Part shown: one piece after another, positions 19,152 through 29,467 of the stretch
Layout: every line of letters starts with the position of its first letter
Position numbering within the stretch: position 1 is the first letter of the stretch
Source: a virus
Direction: 5' to 3' (one strand)
Virus record (IMG/VR): IMGVR_UViG_3300024348_000023
Location: 1 to 64,000 of that record
Length of the DNA stretch: 64,000 nt
Made by a program: the position numbers and the translations under genes
The notes under the pieces: generated by a model
What the model was told of the DNA's origin: nothing
What the model saw: the letters and a program-made list of their open reading frames with translations, nothing else
Databases searched by the model: none

Positions 19152-22100
19152 ATGGCAAGAAAAATTCTAAACGCAACAGACATTGAGTTTGAACCACTAA
19201 CAGGAACTTTAAAGATTCCTCAACTCATTCATAGAAGCAAGTTGTTGCTAATTACTAACGTAACAGTAAACAAAATTGTTTATAATTTTGCAGATCCTGC
19301 CCTAGGTTTATATGACCACATTCTAGATAATACAACAAATCCAGCACGTGGTTCTACAACTCTTGTCTTACAGTACAATACAGCAAACATGCTTTCAACA
19401 GATAAGTTCCAAATTGTATATGATGAGAATAATGAAAGATTTGAGCCAGCAGACTATATGGTTGATGCTGTAGGTAAGCTTCGTACATCTAACCCTAAGT
19501 CTCTTATTGATACTGACTTTGAATACGGTATCCAGAACTCTAAGTGGGAAACACTTACAATGATTCAAAATTACCCAGGTTTCTACGGAAGATCCTCTGG
19601 AGGAAATGCTCTTGATCTTCAGATTGTAGTTGGAGATGGAACAGCAACATCATCAAGATTTTCAAAGATTACAGTAACATGTAATTCACCACACGGACTT
19701 TCTGCAGGAGATGTTATTTCTGTTCAAGAAACAACAACAGATAATGCAGACGGAACATTTTTATGTACTCCAACAGGAGCAAATACATTTGAATACACAG
19801 CAAAAGGTATTGTTACTGGAAATATTCTTGATGGAACTTTGACATCTATTTATGGTGGAGGCATTTTTGATAATGCTCACATTATGGGTGGAGTTGTTGG
19901 AAACCTAGGAGCTTTTTCTGCAGTATCAGATCAAGCAACTCCTTCAAGAATTACAGTAGTTTCACCAAAGCCTCATGGACTTCTTCCAGGCACACCAATT
20001 CTTATTACACAAAAAGAAGGAAGCAATTTTTACGGAAGCTTCTTTATTGATACAGTAGACACACCAAACTCAATGTCATTTATGGCAGCAGGACAAATTA
20101 ATAATCCAATTAATACAACTGCACAAGGTTTGTATGCAAAGCCAGAAGGCTATGTAAATCACAGACCACATGATGGTGGAGTTATTCTTTCAACAGGAAA
20201 TAACGTTTGCGGAACACAGACAATGCGCCAAACACGTAGATTCTTTAGATACCAGTCGGGTAAGTCAATTCAGTTCTCAACAGGAACAAAGTTCACACCA
20301 ACATTCCAGGCTGAATATATTGCATCAACAGGACTTGTTCCAGGATCACAAAACATTACAGTTACAACAAATGCTTCTCACAATTTACAGCCAGGAGCTT
20401 TTGTAAAAATTGAAGGTGTTGAAGTTTCAGGAACATATAACCCATTCAATGGTATCCACCTAGTAACAGCAATTATTGACGCAACAACATTTAGATATAC
20501 AGTAGTATTTACAAGTACATTATCAGCAATTGATCAAATCCCAGGTGGAGTTAACGTATTCGTTACAGCCTACCGCTGGAAGGGTGCATCAACTAGAGCA
20601 GGCCTATATTCAGAGCAGGATGGTTTCTTCTTTGAGTATGACGGATCTGGAATTTTTGCTTGCCGTCAATGGTCAACATCAACACTTAGAGGTAATATTG
20701 CGGTAACAAGATATAACTCTACAGTCACGGGAACAGATACAATATTTAGAAAGCAGTTAGTCTCAGGAGATAAAATTGTTATCCGTGGACAAACATATAG
20801 AATTCTACAAATTGCATCAGATACATCTATGACAATTGCACCAGCTTACCGTGGAGCATCGCAGCCGAATGTTAAGGTTAGAAAGGTTCAAATTATTAAG
20901 GTTCCTCAATCACAGTGGAATTTGGATAAGTTTGATGGCACTGGACCTTCAGGACACTTATTTGATCCTTCAAAGATGCAGATGACATACATTGATTACT
21001 CATGGTATGGAGCTGGAACCATTAGATATGGATTTAGAGGACAAAGTGGAAAGATTACCTGGTGCCATGAAATTTCAAATAACAATACTAACTTAGCAGC
21101 ATATCAAAGATCAGGTAACCTACCTGCTAGATATGAAGCAATTAATGAGCCAACAAAGTTCTCAAAGCTAGTAGCTGGAGGAACTGCGGTAAGAGGGTCA
21201 AATCTTCTTCCACAAGATACAGTTATGTATGTTGATAATGTTGATTACTGGCCAGCAAATGGATACATTAGAATTCAAGATGAAAACTATGTAGAAATTG
21301 CACGTTATACATCAATTGGTGCTTATAATAATACAGCAAAGGGCTTCGCTATGAATCTTATTCGTAGACAGCCTTATGTTACATATTATTCTGGAGCAGC
21401 ATATAGTCTTAATGGAACATATGTAGCAGCAACATTTAGACCAGATGCAACAATTCCTGGTGGTTCAGGTTCTGCTCAGGTTTCAGTACAGGTTATCTCT
21501 CAGGAATGTGCTCCAGTTATGAGCCACTGGGGATCTTCAGTAATTATGGATGGAGGCTTCGATGATGATGCTTCGTTCATCTTTACAGCTGGTATGCAGC
21601 GTTACTTACAGGTCGGTGGTTCTGGATCTGTTTCAGCAACAATCGTATCTAGAGTAAGAACATCAGGAGTTGCAACAGTAACAACATCTGCACCACACTC
21701 ATTGCTTGCAGGATACAATGCAACAATTTCAGGTATTGATGATATATCTGTAATTACATATAAGCAGCTAACTTCAAATACAGCAAGCTTGACAACATCT
21801 GTTGCTCACAAGCATAGAGTTGGACAAACAGTTGTTGTATCTGGTGTAGACTCAGTATTTAACGGAACATGGACAATTACTGGTGTTACATCTACAACAA
21901 TTTTGTATGCTAGAACTGCAACAAATATACCATTCCAAGCAGCAACTGGATCAGCAATTACATCAAGTTATTACAATGGAACATTCCTTATCAATAACGT
22001 AACTACAAATACAATTTCATATGCAGTTGCACAAGCTGATGAAGCTTCACAATCTGTTAATCCAAATGGTGCTGTTGTTCAAACATTCGGTGCTACACAG

Positions 22101-22640
22101 CAAGCACGTCCTCTAATTTCTCTTAGAGTGGCACCTTCTGTAGATAATGGTACTGGACGTAACTTTGGTCTTCGTGAATTATCAAATAATATGCAGCTAA
22201 AACTCTTTAACATTAACATTCTTTCACAGGGTCAGTTCCTTATAGAAGGAATTCTTAATGCACAGTCACTTAACGGTGTAGTAGTTCCAGATGCATGGGC
22301 AAGTAATAGAGTGGGTTCAGGATCACTTGCTCAAATTATTTATCACGATGGAACAGGAACAACTGGTTCACCAGTTCTTTCTCCTACAAATACCGTTTCT
22401 GGAGGTGACCGTGTGTTTGCATTCTACACAGATAACGCTGGTGGTACTAACTACTCAGTTACTCGTGTAGATCTTACAAAGGCTCGTGACCTAGGAAACT
22501 CAATTCTTAATGGAGACGGCAGCACGGCTTGCCCAGGCTTCCCGAATGCTCCAGATATCTTGACAATTCTTGCAACCAACCTTGGTTCATCAGCGGCTAA
22601 TATTTCAGCTACGCTGTCATGGACAGAAGCGCAGGCGTAA
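19152..22640 (+). CDS. large virion structural protein with repeated beta-barrel modules
   Basis: 1162 aa; LLLITNVT...IVYNFADP, LIDTDFEYG.Q..KWE, several HxL..G..I.I.G repeats. Confidence 0.7.
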   Translation: MARKILNATDIEFEPLTGTLKIPQLIHRSKLLLITNVTVNKIVYNFADPALGLYDHILDNTTNPARGSTTLVLQYNTANMLSTDKFQIVYDENNERFEPADYMVDAVGKLRTSNPKSLIDTDFEYGIQNSKWETLTMIQNYPGFYGRSSGGNALDLQIVVGDGTATSSRFSKITVTCNSPHGLSAGDVISVQETTTDNADGTFLCTPTGANTFEYTAKGIVTGNILDGTLTSIYGGGIFDNAHIMGGVVGNLGAFSAVSDQATPSRITVVSPKPHGLLPGTPILITQKEGSNFYGSFFIDTVDTPNSMSFMAAGQINNPINTTAQGLYAKPEGYVNHRPHDGGVILSTGNNVCGTQTMRQTRRFFRYQSGKSIQFSTGTKFTPTFQAEYIASTGLVPGSQNITVTTNASHNLQPGAFVKIEGVEVSGTYNPFNGIHLVTAIIDATTFRYTVVFTSTLSAIDQIPGGVNVFVTAYRWKGASTRAGLYSEQDGFFFEYDGSGIFACRQWSTSTLRGNIAVTRYNSTVTGTDTIFRKQLVSGDKIVIRGQTYRILQIASDTSMTIAPAYRGASQPNVKVRKVQIIKVPQSQWNLDKFDGTGPSGHLFDPSKMQMTYIDYSWYGAGTIRYGFRGQSGKITWCHEISNNNTNLAAYQRSGNLPARYEAINEPTKFSKLVAGGTAVRGSNLLPQDTVMYVDNVDYWPANGYIRIQDENYVEIARYTSIGAYNNTAKGFAMNLIRRQPYVTYYSGAAYSLNGTYVAATFRPDATIPGGSGSAQVSVQVISQECAPVMSHWGSSVIMDGGFDDDASFIFTAGMQRYLQVGGSGSVSATIVSRVRTSGVATVTTSAPHSLLAGYNATISGIDDISVITYKQLTSNTASLTTSVAHKHRVGQTVVVSGVDSVFNGTWTITGVTSTTILYARTATNIPFQAATGSAITSSYYNGTFLINNVTTNTISYAVAQADEASQSVNPNGAVVQTFGATQQARPLISLRVAPSVDNGTGRNFGLRELSNNMQLKLFNINILSQGQFLIEGILNAQSLNGVVVPDAWASNRVGSGSLAQIIYHDGTGTTGSPVLSPTNTVSGGDRVFAFYTDNAGGTNYSVTRVDLTKARDLGNSILNGDGSTACPGFPNAPDILTILATNLGSSAANISATLSWTEAQA

Positions 22641-22643
22641 AAA

Positions 22644-23306
22644 ATGCCAGATTACTCATCATTAAGTACTCAGATAGATAAGTTTAAAACAGCAGCAACT
22701 GCTTTAATGAATAGCGGAACTTTATCTGCAAATGATCTCCAACTTGTTGGAGCGGCATTGAATCAAATGGGTAATACTTTGGGTGTTGCTGATATAAATA
22801 ACTCTGTTGTAGATGGAATTGCAACAATAAACTTTTATAAAGATTCAGCAATAACAGCCTTTAATTCAGGTACAAATGGTACAAGATTAACAACAGCAGA
22901 ATCAAACATTACTAATTTGCAGGGCAGAGTTACAAATGCTGAAGGATTTATTTCTACAAATGGTGCTCAATACACAACACTTCAGTCCACAGTTTCTGCT
23001 CTTCAAACATCTTTATCCACAGTTCCTTCCTCATGGAAGATTATTACAGCTAACTATACTGCCTTAAATAACGAAAGAATATTTGTTAACCAGGGCGGAA
23101 TTACAATAACTCTTCCACTAAATCCAACACTAGGATGGCAGGTTCAGCTCGTAGATATGACTGGAGCAGCAGGAACAACAAACTGGACTGTTGCAAGAAA
23201 TTCACAAAGAATACAAGGAACTCAAGAAAACCTTGTAGTTAATATTAGCGGAGCTAGAATGACGCTAGTCTACACAGATGCCGTGAGAGGATGGACACTA
23301 ACCTAA
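22644..23306 (+). CDS. fibre-associated protein (coiled coil plus C-terminal beta domain)
   Basis: MPDYSSL N-terminus paralogous to 24686; ITITLP.NPTLG..V...D C-terminal domain. Confidence 0.7.
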   Translation: MPDYSSLSTQIDKFKTAATALMNSGTLSANDLQLVGAALNQMGNTLGVADINNSVVDGIATINFYKDSAITAFNSGTNGTRLTTAESNITNLQGRVTNAEGFISTNGAQYTTLQSTVSALQTSLSTVPSSWKIITANYTALNNERIFVNQGGITITLPLNPTLGWQVQLVDMTGAAGTTNWTVARNSQRIQGTQENLVVNISGARMTLVYTDAVRGWTLT

Positions 23307-24241
23307 TGCCAAATTTTTCAGATGTATATATTCCAACAACGGGGGTAACCCAGACATCCCTAGGTATTACAGCGCAAACGCTTGGAATTCAAAGTGGTCT
23401 TAATTCAGTATATCCAGAAGTAACGGACGGATCAAGAAGACCATATCAAATACCATCTATATACTCAGTTAACATGCGTGGAAATGCAATGTTTAACAAC
23501 TACTCATGGGATAACTCAGATGACTGGACAAACTTCTATACTTATTTAACAGGCACACAGCCATGGGATGCCGAGAGAGCATTCTGGTATGCACTTGGTG
23601 GATATAGAAATATGAATGAAAATCGAAAGTCATTCTGGTCAGCAGCATATAAGCGTATGGATTTTGCTACAAATAATATGTGTGGAATCTCAAATTCACG
23701 CTTGCATACTTGGCCTAGAACTACATGCTACGGTCCATTTGGTTCTCGTGTAATGTTTATCAGAAACTTTGGCTCTACAGCACAAACTGTATCAGTTTGG
23801 GGATTAGTCGGAACATACTGGTGCAGCGGATACGATGGGGCGGGACTTCAAGTTGGAAGACCAACATATTCAACAGGAACTAAATATTCGGCAGCAAATG
23901 GAATGTCTTGGACAAACCTTGCAACTTTAACAGGATCAAGCTCATCTAACGCTGGAATTTCAGGTTCATTTACATTAAACGCAGGAGAATCTTGCGTAGT
24001 CCTACTATGTAATACATTTACATTTTGGACAGACACATCAAACAACTATCACTGGAATGAGAATAATGCATTCTATAACTTACAGGGTACATTTACTGGA
24101 TCAAACAACTTTATCCAACCAGATATGAGATTAACTCAAGCAGCACAAATATTTAATGAAGTAAATAATGCTAACTATACATCAACAATCGATTCCCATA
24201 AAATTTGGAATTTTGCAGCTACAGTATATGGAGACAGATAA
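23306..24241 (+). CDS. putative receptor-binding/fibre tip protein
   Basis: Aromatic/Asn-rich; TAATG coupling favours start 23306; followed by a chaperone. Confidence 0.6.
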   Translation: MPNFSDVYIPTTGVTQTSLGITAQTLGIQSGLNSVYPEVTDGSRRPYQIPSIYSVNMRGNAMFNNYSWDNSDDWTNFYTYLTGTQPWDAERAFWYALGGYRNMNENRKSFWSAAYKRMDFATNNMCGISNSRLHTWPRTTCYGPFGSRVMFIRNFGSTAQTVSVWGLVGTYWCSGYDGAGLQVGRPTYSTGTKYSAANGMSWTNLATLTGSSSSNAGISGSFTLNAGESCVVLLCNTFTFWTDTSNNYHWNENNAFYNLQGTFTGSNNFIQPDMRLTQAAQIFNEVNNANYTSTIDSHKIWNFAATVYGDR

Positions 24242-24648
24242 TGACTGAATTTAAAAAATATGCTAGATTTAGCTCAAGCCACGACATTCAAGTTGAAACA
24301 AGAACATGGCATGAGTTACCAACTGACAACACAGAAGATGGGTCAGAGTGGTTTGAAGTTGATGAGTCGTTTACTGGTGAAAGACATATGGTTTATAACA
24401 ATGGTTCACCAAGATTGATGACAGATGAAGAACACGAAGACTGGCAGGCTGGAATTAATTTAAGCGGTGCCCTAAATGTTGGAAGAACAAAAAGAAACCA
24501 ACTATTAAAATTATCAGACTGGGTTGAAACATCCTCAATGTCTGATGAGAAGAAGGAAGAGTGGAGAGTCTATCGACAAGCCCTCAGAGATCTTCCAGAA
24601 ACCATAACAGATTATAATATTGTGTATCCTACGGAGCCTACATTATAA
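24241..24648 (+). CDS. tail fibre assembly chaperone
   Basis: RNQLLKLSDW...WRVYRQALRDLP...YP.EP. Confidence 0.8.
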   Translation: MTEFKKYARFSSSHDIQVETRTWHELPTDNTEDGSEWFEVDESFTGERHMVYNNGSPRLMTDEEHEDWQAGINLSGALNVGRTKRNQLLKLSDWVETSSMSDEKKEEWRVYRQALRDLPETITDYNIVYPTEPTL

Positions 24649-24685
24649 TGCTATTATGCTATACTATACAAAGAGGTGATCAATA

Positions 24686-25018
24686 ATGCCAGATTATGCA
24701 AGCTTAACCGCTCAAGTAGATCTATTTAAGACTAAGGTAGCAGCCCTTAGCGGATCTTCCCTGGGCGCACAAGAATTGGTTTATTTAGCAAAAGCTATTG
24801 AGTCAATGGGAAATCTTTTGGGAGTCAACGATGTTTTGGCAGCTACAAACACAAAGCTCAATGATATCTCAACTGCAGTAACTGGCGCTGTAACAACAGT
24901 TGCGTCTGCAGGAAGTACACAAGTAGCAGCGGTAGCTGCAGCAGGAGCAACACAGGTAGCAGCTGTTGCAAATGAATTAAATAACTTTACAATTTATCAG
25001 AATATGGGAGTAATATAA
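24686..25018 (+). CDS. fibre-associated protein (paralog of 22644)
   Basis: MPDYASL..QVDLFKT; Ala-rich; TGCTATACT promoter at 24657. Confidence 0.7.
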   Translation: MPDYASLTAQVDLFKTKVAALSGSSLGAQELVYLAKAIESMGNLLGVNDVLAATNTKLNDISTAVTGAVTTVASAGSTQVAAVAAAGATQVAAVANELNNFTIYQNMGVI

Positions 25019-25019
25019 T

Positions 25020-25340
25020 ATGCCAACAACAGTTAGTTTACCAGCACGTTTCTATGCAGGAACACTTACAAACGCAGAAGTAGGAGTTTGGACAGTACCA
25101 GCAGCAGAGACAGATGTAATTACATCAATTACAGTACAAAACATCACACTTGCTGCACAGACATTTGATGTTAAGATGGCAGGAACATTCTTAGCTTACC
25201 AGCTAAGTCTTCCACCACAAACATTTATGACATTAGATATTAAGCAAGTTCTTAACACAGCTGAGAGTATTTTAGTAAAGGCTTCAAATAACAATGCCGT
25301 TACAATGTTTATCTCAGGCGTAAAAATAACATCATCTTGA
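25020..25340 (+). CDS. small beta-sandwich virion protein
   Basis: Resembles the N-terminal domain of 29468 (RF.., ITV.N, LN..ESI). Confidence 0.7.
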   Translation: MPTTVSLPARFYAGTLTNAEVGVWTVPAAETDVITSITVQNITLAAQTFDVKMAGTFLAYQLSLPPQTFMTLDIKQVLNTAESILVKASNNNAVTMFISGVKITSS

Positions 25341-25357
25341 TTTAAGGAGTAATAAGA

Positions 25358-26350
25358 ATGCCATCATCATCAACCTCGCAGTCCGTTTATTTACCAGGAC
25401 TTACGACAACAATTAATACAGCTATCACTGCAGGGCTTAATGCTGGTATTACCGCAGAAGCAATTGCAGCAGGTGGAGTAAGCTCTATGTACTTGCCACT
25501 AGAAAGCAGAATTTATAACTCTGGTAACTGGACACGTCCAGCCAACTCAGGACCAGTTGTAAAGCTTATCCTCATTGGTGGAGGCGGAGCAGGTGGATGT
25601 GGTGTTTCATGGTCACATAATGGCTCAGGTGGCGGAGGAGCTGGACAGCTTGTTGAAAGATGGTTAGATATTTCTTCAGTAGCAATTGGAGGAACAATTC
25701 CAGTTACAATTGGTGCAGGCGGACCAGCAGTTGGTGGAAACTCTAATGGTAACAATGGAGGTAACTCTTCATTCGGTGTTAACGGAAACTCATTTTATGT
25801 AATTGCATACGGTGGCGGTGGCGGTGGCTATCCTTACGGTTCTGGCAATAACGGAAACTCTGGCTCAATGGGTCAGGGTATGTCAAATCAAAACGGTGGA
25901 GGCTCAGGCGGAGGCGGAGGAGCTGGCGGAGATTGGCAGTACGGAGCAGCAGGCGGAGGCGGAGGCGCTGGCGGAGCAGGTGGCGCTGGAAGAAATACAA
26001 CATCTAGCAACGGAACTGGATCACCAGGCTATGCTGGTGGATTTGGTTGGGGACCAGGAGCATCTGGTGGTGCTGCAGGATCAAATCACAGCTGGACATC
26101 ATGGATTGGTGTCGGAGGATTTGGCGGAGAAGGAATGTACGGACTCGCAGGCGGTGGTGGCGGTGGCGGAGGAGCTGGTGGCGGAGGTTCGTGTGGCGGA
26201 GGAGCTGGTGGATCACAGACTACTGATAACTCAGGCGGAGCAGGTAGAGATGGAACAGGCTCAGGTGGCGGAGGAAATAATCACACAGGTGGTAATGGTG
26301 CAAAGGGAGGAAACGGCGTAGCTATTATTACATACTACGTTAAGGCATAA
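25358..26350 (+). CDS. glycine-rich fibre/adhesin protein
   Basis: SG.W.RP, LIGGGGAGG, GGGGAGQL, GGNG...ITY. Confidence 0.75.
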   Translation: MPSSSTSQSVYLPGLTTTINTAITAGLNAGITAEAIAAGGVSSMYLPLESRIYNSGNWTRPANSGPVVKLILIGGGGAGGCGVSWSHNGSGGGGAGQLVERWLDISSVAIGGTIPVTIGAGGPAVGGNSNGNNGGNSSFGVNGNSFYVIAYGGGGGGYPYGSGNNGNSGSMGQGMSNQNGGGSGGGGGAGGDWQYGAAGGGGGAGGAGGAGRNTTSSNGTGSPGYAGGFGWGPGASGGAAGSNHSWTSWIGVGGFGGEGMYGLAGGGGGGGGAGGGGSCGGGAGGSQTTDNSGGAGRDGTGSGGGGNNHTGGNGAKGGNGVAIITYYVKA

Positions 26351-26352
26351 TT

Positions 26353-26631
26353 ATGAGAAATTACGTATTTATTAATGAAGACGGTACAGTTCATAACATA
26401 TTAAACCTAGTTGGCCCAGAAGCAATTGCTGCAAATGATGATTTAAAGGATTTGCTACATTTTGATTACACAGATTGGGCAGAAGAAGACAAGCCAGCCC
26501 CAAGCTGGACATATAACAGAGAAACAGAACAATGGAATAAGATTTTGCCATTTACTGCACCAATTCCAACAACACATCTTGTAGAGATTACAGAGCCAGC
26601 AGCGGATGAATTAGCAGGAGGTAATGAATAA
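26353..26631 (+). CDS. small acidic chaperone-like protein
   Basis: YVFI..DG.V.NI; P.PSWTY. Confidence 0.7.
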   Translation: MRNYVFINEDGTVHNILNLVGPEAIAANDDLKDLLHFDYTDWAEEDKPAPSWTYNRETEQWNKILPFTAPIPTTHLVEITEPAADELAGGNE

Positions 26632-26876
26632 TGTCAAAGACATGGGCAATTTTAGTAGATAATGTTATTGGAAATGTTGTAGTTGCAGACCAGGAGTTTA
26701 TTGAGTCTCATCCAGATTTTTCACAGTTAGATAAAATTGATATTACTGATTATGATCCAATGCCAGGAGTAGCATGGAAATTAGAAGATAATAAATTTAT
26801 TGCACCAGAGCATGTAAAGCCAAAAGCAGATCATGTTCTAGATGACGGACTTCATGAAATCGAGGTAAAAGCATAA
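26631..26876 (+). CDS. small acidic chaperone-like protein
   Basis: WAILVDNVIGNVVVAD; PGVAW....KFIAP. Confidence 0.7.
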   Translation: MSKTWAILVDNVIGNVVVADQEFIESHPDFSQLDKIDITDYDPMPGVAWKLEDNKFIAPEHVKPKADHVLDDGLHEIEVKA

Positions 26877-27811
26877 TGGCAACATACGGAACAATTAATC
26901 AAATTTATGTACCAGGATTAGATACAGCAATTCAATCTGCAACAACAACTCTTTCAACATCAGTTGCTGTTCCGCTAATTGCTGCAAATCTTGCAGGGTT
27001 TTATAATGCTTATGAAGTAACAATTCTAAGCGGAGGATCATGGGTGAGACCAGTAAACAGCGCACCAATGGTAGAAGTAACACTCGTTGGCGGTGGCGGT
27101 GGCGGAGGCTGCACAAATGGATCTGTTAATCATGGTGGCGGTGGAGCAGGACAACTTTTAAAAAGAATTGTGAGCATTGCTTCAGTACCAGTTGGACAAG
27201 GAATTTCAATTGGAATTGCAGGAGGCGGAACTTGTAATGCACAGGGTGGAAACTCAACATTTGGAACTTCAGGACAGCCATTCTATATGGTTGCATATGG
27301 TGGAGGATCAACACAAGGTAATGGTCAATCTGGTTCATGTGGTCCAGGAGCAGATAATATTACAGGAATTGGCTCAGGTGGCGGAGGTCAAGGAGAATGG
27401 GTAAACTCATGGGGAGCAGGCGGTGGCGGTGGCGGAGCAGGCGGTGCTGGACATCAGCCTAACGTTCACTTTACAAGCTCAGGAGGATACTCAGGATACT
27501 TTGGTGGATCAAGAGCATCATCAGAAGGATCTTCAGGCGGTGGCCCAGGATGGGCAAACTCAAATGATTCTGGAAGACGTGCACAAGGTGGACAAGGTGG
27601 TTCAGGACTTTATGGACTTGCTGGCGGTGGCGGAGGATCAGGAAGAGGCACAGGTGGCGGAGGATCAAATGGCGGAGGCCAAGGTTATGGAGACTACATT
27701 GGAACACCAAGAGCAGATGCACAACCAAATACAGGTTCTGGTGGCGGTGGCGGTGGAGGAAACACTGGTGGTTCAGGAGTCTGCAAGATTACCTATTGGG
27801 TAAAAGCTTAA
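26876..27811 (+). CDS. glycine-rich fibre/adhesin protein (paralog of 25358)
   Basis: Same architecture; both end ITY(Y/W)VKA. Confidence 0.75.
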   Translation: MATYGTINQIYVPGLDTAIQSATTTLSTSVAVPLIAANLAGFYNAYEVTILSGGSWVRPVNSAPMVEVTLVGGGGGGGCTNGSVNHGGGGAGQLLKRIVSIASVPVGQGISIGIAGGGTCNAQGGNSTFGTSGQPFYMVAYGGGSTQGNGQSGSCGPGADNITGIGSGGGGQGEWVNSWGAGGGGGGAGGAGHQPNVHFTSSGGYSGYFGGSRASSEGSSGGGPGWANSNDSGRRAQGGQGGSGLYGLAGGGGGSGRGTGGGGSNGGGQGYGDYIGTPRADAQPNTGSGGGGGGGNTGGSGVCKITYWVKA

Positions 27812-27838
27812 TAATTAAAGAAATAAAAGGAGAATAAA

Positions 27839-28276
27839 ATGCCAGTATCAATGACCCCACAGGCTGTTACACCATCTTTGTGGACATACACATACCTTCA
27901 AGCACCAATTAATGGTCAAGGGTTTACATACTTTAACATTCCAGTAGAGTTTTCTGATTTGGGAACAAGAAACGCTGGAGGAACAGCAACCTGCGATTTA
28001 TCAGCAGCTGGGGTATTCAAGGTGATTGCAAACGGAAATATGACTGTAGCATTCACAAACTTTCCATCAACAGCAAAAGCTGCTTTTTGGCAAGTTGAAA
28101 TCAAGGCTGGTGGATCATACACAATTACATGGCCAGGAGTCGTTAAGTGGGATGGTGGCGGAGCTGCAAACGTAGCACCACTTCTATCAACAAATACAAC
28201 ACTTTTGAACTTCTACACAAAAGACGGTGGAGCAACTGTCTACGGCGGATACGCATTCGCTGATCTATTTATTTAA
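27839..28276 (+). CDS. fibre-associated beta protein
   Basis: ITWP..VKW.GG...P.LS....LNFYT.DGG domain. Confidence 0.7.
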   Translation: MPVSMTPQAVTPSLWTYTYLQAPINGQGFTYFNIPVEFSDLGTRNAGGTATCDLSAAGVFKVIANGNMTVAFTNFPSTAKAAFWQVEIKAGGSYTITWPGVVKWDGGGAANVAPLLSTNTTLLNFYTKDGGATVYGGYAFADLFI

Positions 28277-28293
28277 TATTAAAAGGGGAATCC

Positions 28294-28737
28294 ATGTACG
28301 CAATAGTTAAGGATAAAGAAATCATCAACGTTGGTGAAATAACAGTATTATTTCCAAATACTTCATTTCCTGCTAGTGGCGACTATGGAGACTTTATAAA
28401 AGAAAATGATCTATATCCAGTTGTTACTGATTTAGATTATGATTCAAATACTGAAAAGCTAGTACCATGTGCTCCTTACATTAAAAGCAAAAAGGTTTAT
28501 AATGTTGAAGTTCAACCAATTTCTGCAGAAGATCAAAAAGATATTTTGCTGGCGCATATCGACTTTGAACTTATTTCTACAGAAGGCTTGGAAACAAAAT
28601 CTGATTTATCTGCAAAAGATAAGCAGGCGTGGGTAAAGTATAGAGAAAAGCTTAACTTATTAAAAGAATATTCAAATGTATCAGAGATTACATGGCCAGA
28701 AAAGCCTGTAGTTTATGGTGGAACAGAGGAAAACTAA
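28294..28737 (+). CDS. fibre assembly chaperone-like protein
   Basis: LFPNTSFP N-terminus; W..YREKL....ITWPEKP C-terminus. Confidence 0.65.
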   Translation: MYAIVKDKEIINVGEITVLFPNTSFPASGDYGDFIKENDLYPVVTDLDYDSNTEKLVPCAPYIKSKKVYNVEVQPISAEDQKDILLAHIDFELISTEGLETKSDLSAKDKQAWVKYREKLNLLKEYSNVSEITWPEKPVVYGGTEEN

Positions 28738-29454
28738 TTGCTACCTAATCAGCGTTCAAATTTTCGTAGAGCTAGATTTACAACATTAGGTCTAAGACTG
28801 CATTTAGATGCTTCTCTTCCAGCGACAGTCATTAGAGACGGATCTAACTTTGTTTCAGCATGGAACGATAAGTCTGGCGCAGGAAGACACATGGTACAAG
28901 CAACACAGGCGAATAAGCCACAATTTCAAGTAACAGGACTAGGTGGACTCGGTGCCATTCAGTTTGATGGTGTGGATGATTTTATGACTTTCTCAGATCA
29001 AACCCTGGCATATATTGCTGGAAGATCTTTTACAATTTTTTATGTTGCATCAAAACCAGCAAATAATAATACATGGGTTTTTGGTGGAACAAATACAGGA
29101 ACAAGAACAAATCTTTATGCAGGCAACTTGACAGCTAATACACACAGAGTTGGATTTTATAATGACGATCAAGGATCTATTGTCACAGCAGCTGCTTCAG
29201 GAATAACAGAAATTTATACAATTATTTATGATTCATCAAATAACCAGAGAACTATAAGAAGAAATAGGGTTGAAGTATCTCGTGCCGTAACTAGTGGATC
29301 AGTTGCTTCAATGACTGGCCAAGCAATTGGTAGATATGTGTCATCTTATGGCAACTTTAAAATTGGAGAATTCTTAATTTACGATAGAGCTTTACAGTTT
29401 GCAGAACAAGAAACTGTTGAAAAAGATCTAATATCTAAGTGGTCTATAGTCTAA
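28738..29454 (+). CDS. LamG/concanavalin A-like domain protein
   Basis: LRLHLDAS, VSAWNDKSG, QFDGVDD, IGEFLIYDRAL; TTG start. Confidence 0.7.
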   Translation: MLPNQRSNFRRARFTTLGLRLHLDASLPATVIRDGSNFVSAWNDKSGAGRHMVQATQANKPQFQVTGLGGLGAIQFDGVDDFMTFSDQTLAYIAGRSFTIFYVASKPANNNTWVFGGTNTGTRTNLYAGNLTANTHRVGFYNDDQGSIVTAAASGITEIYTIIYDSSNNQRTIRRNRVEVSRAVTSGSVASMTGQAIGRYVSSYGNFKIGEFLIYDRALQFAEQETVEKDLISKWSIV

Positions 29455-29467
29455 GGGGGATTAAAGT

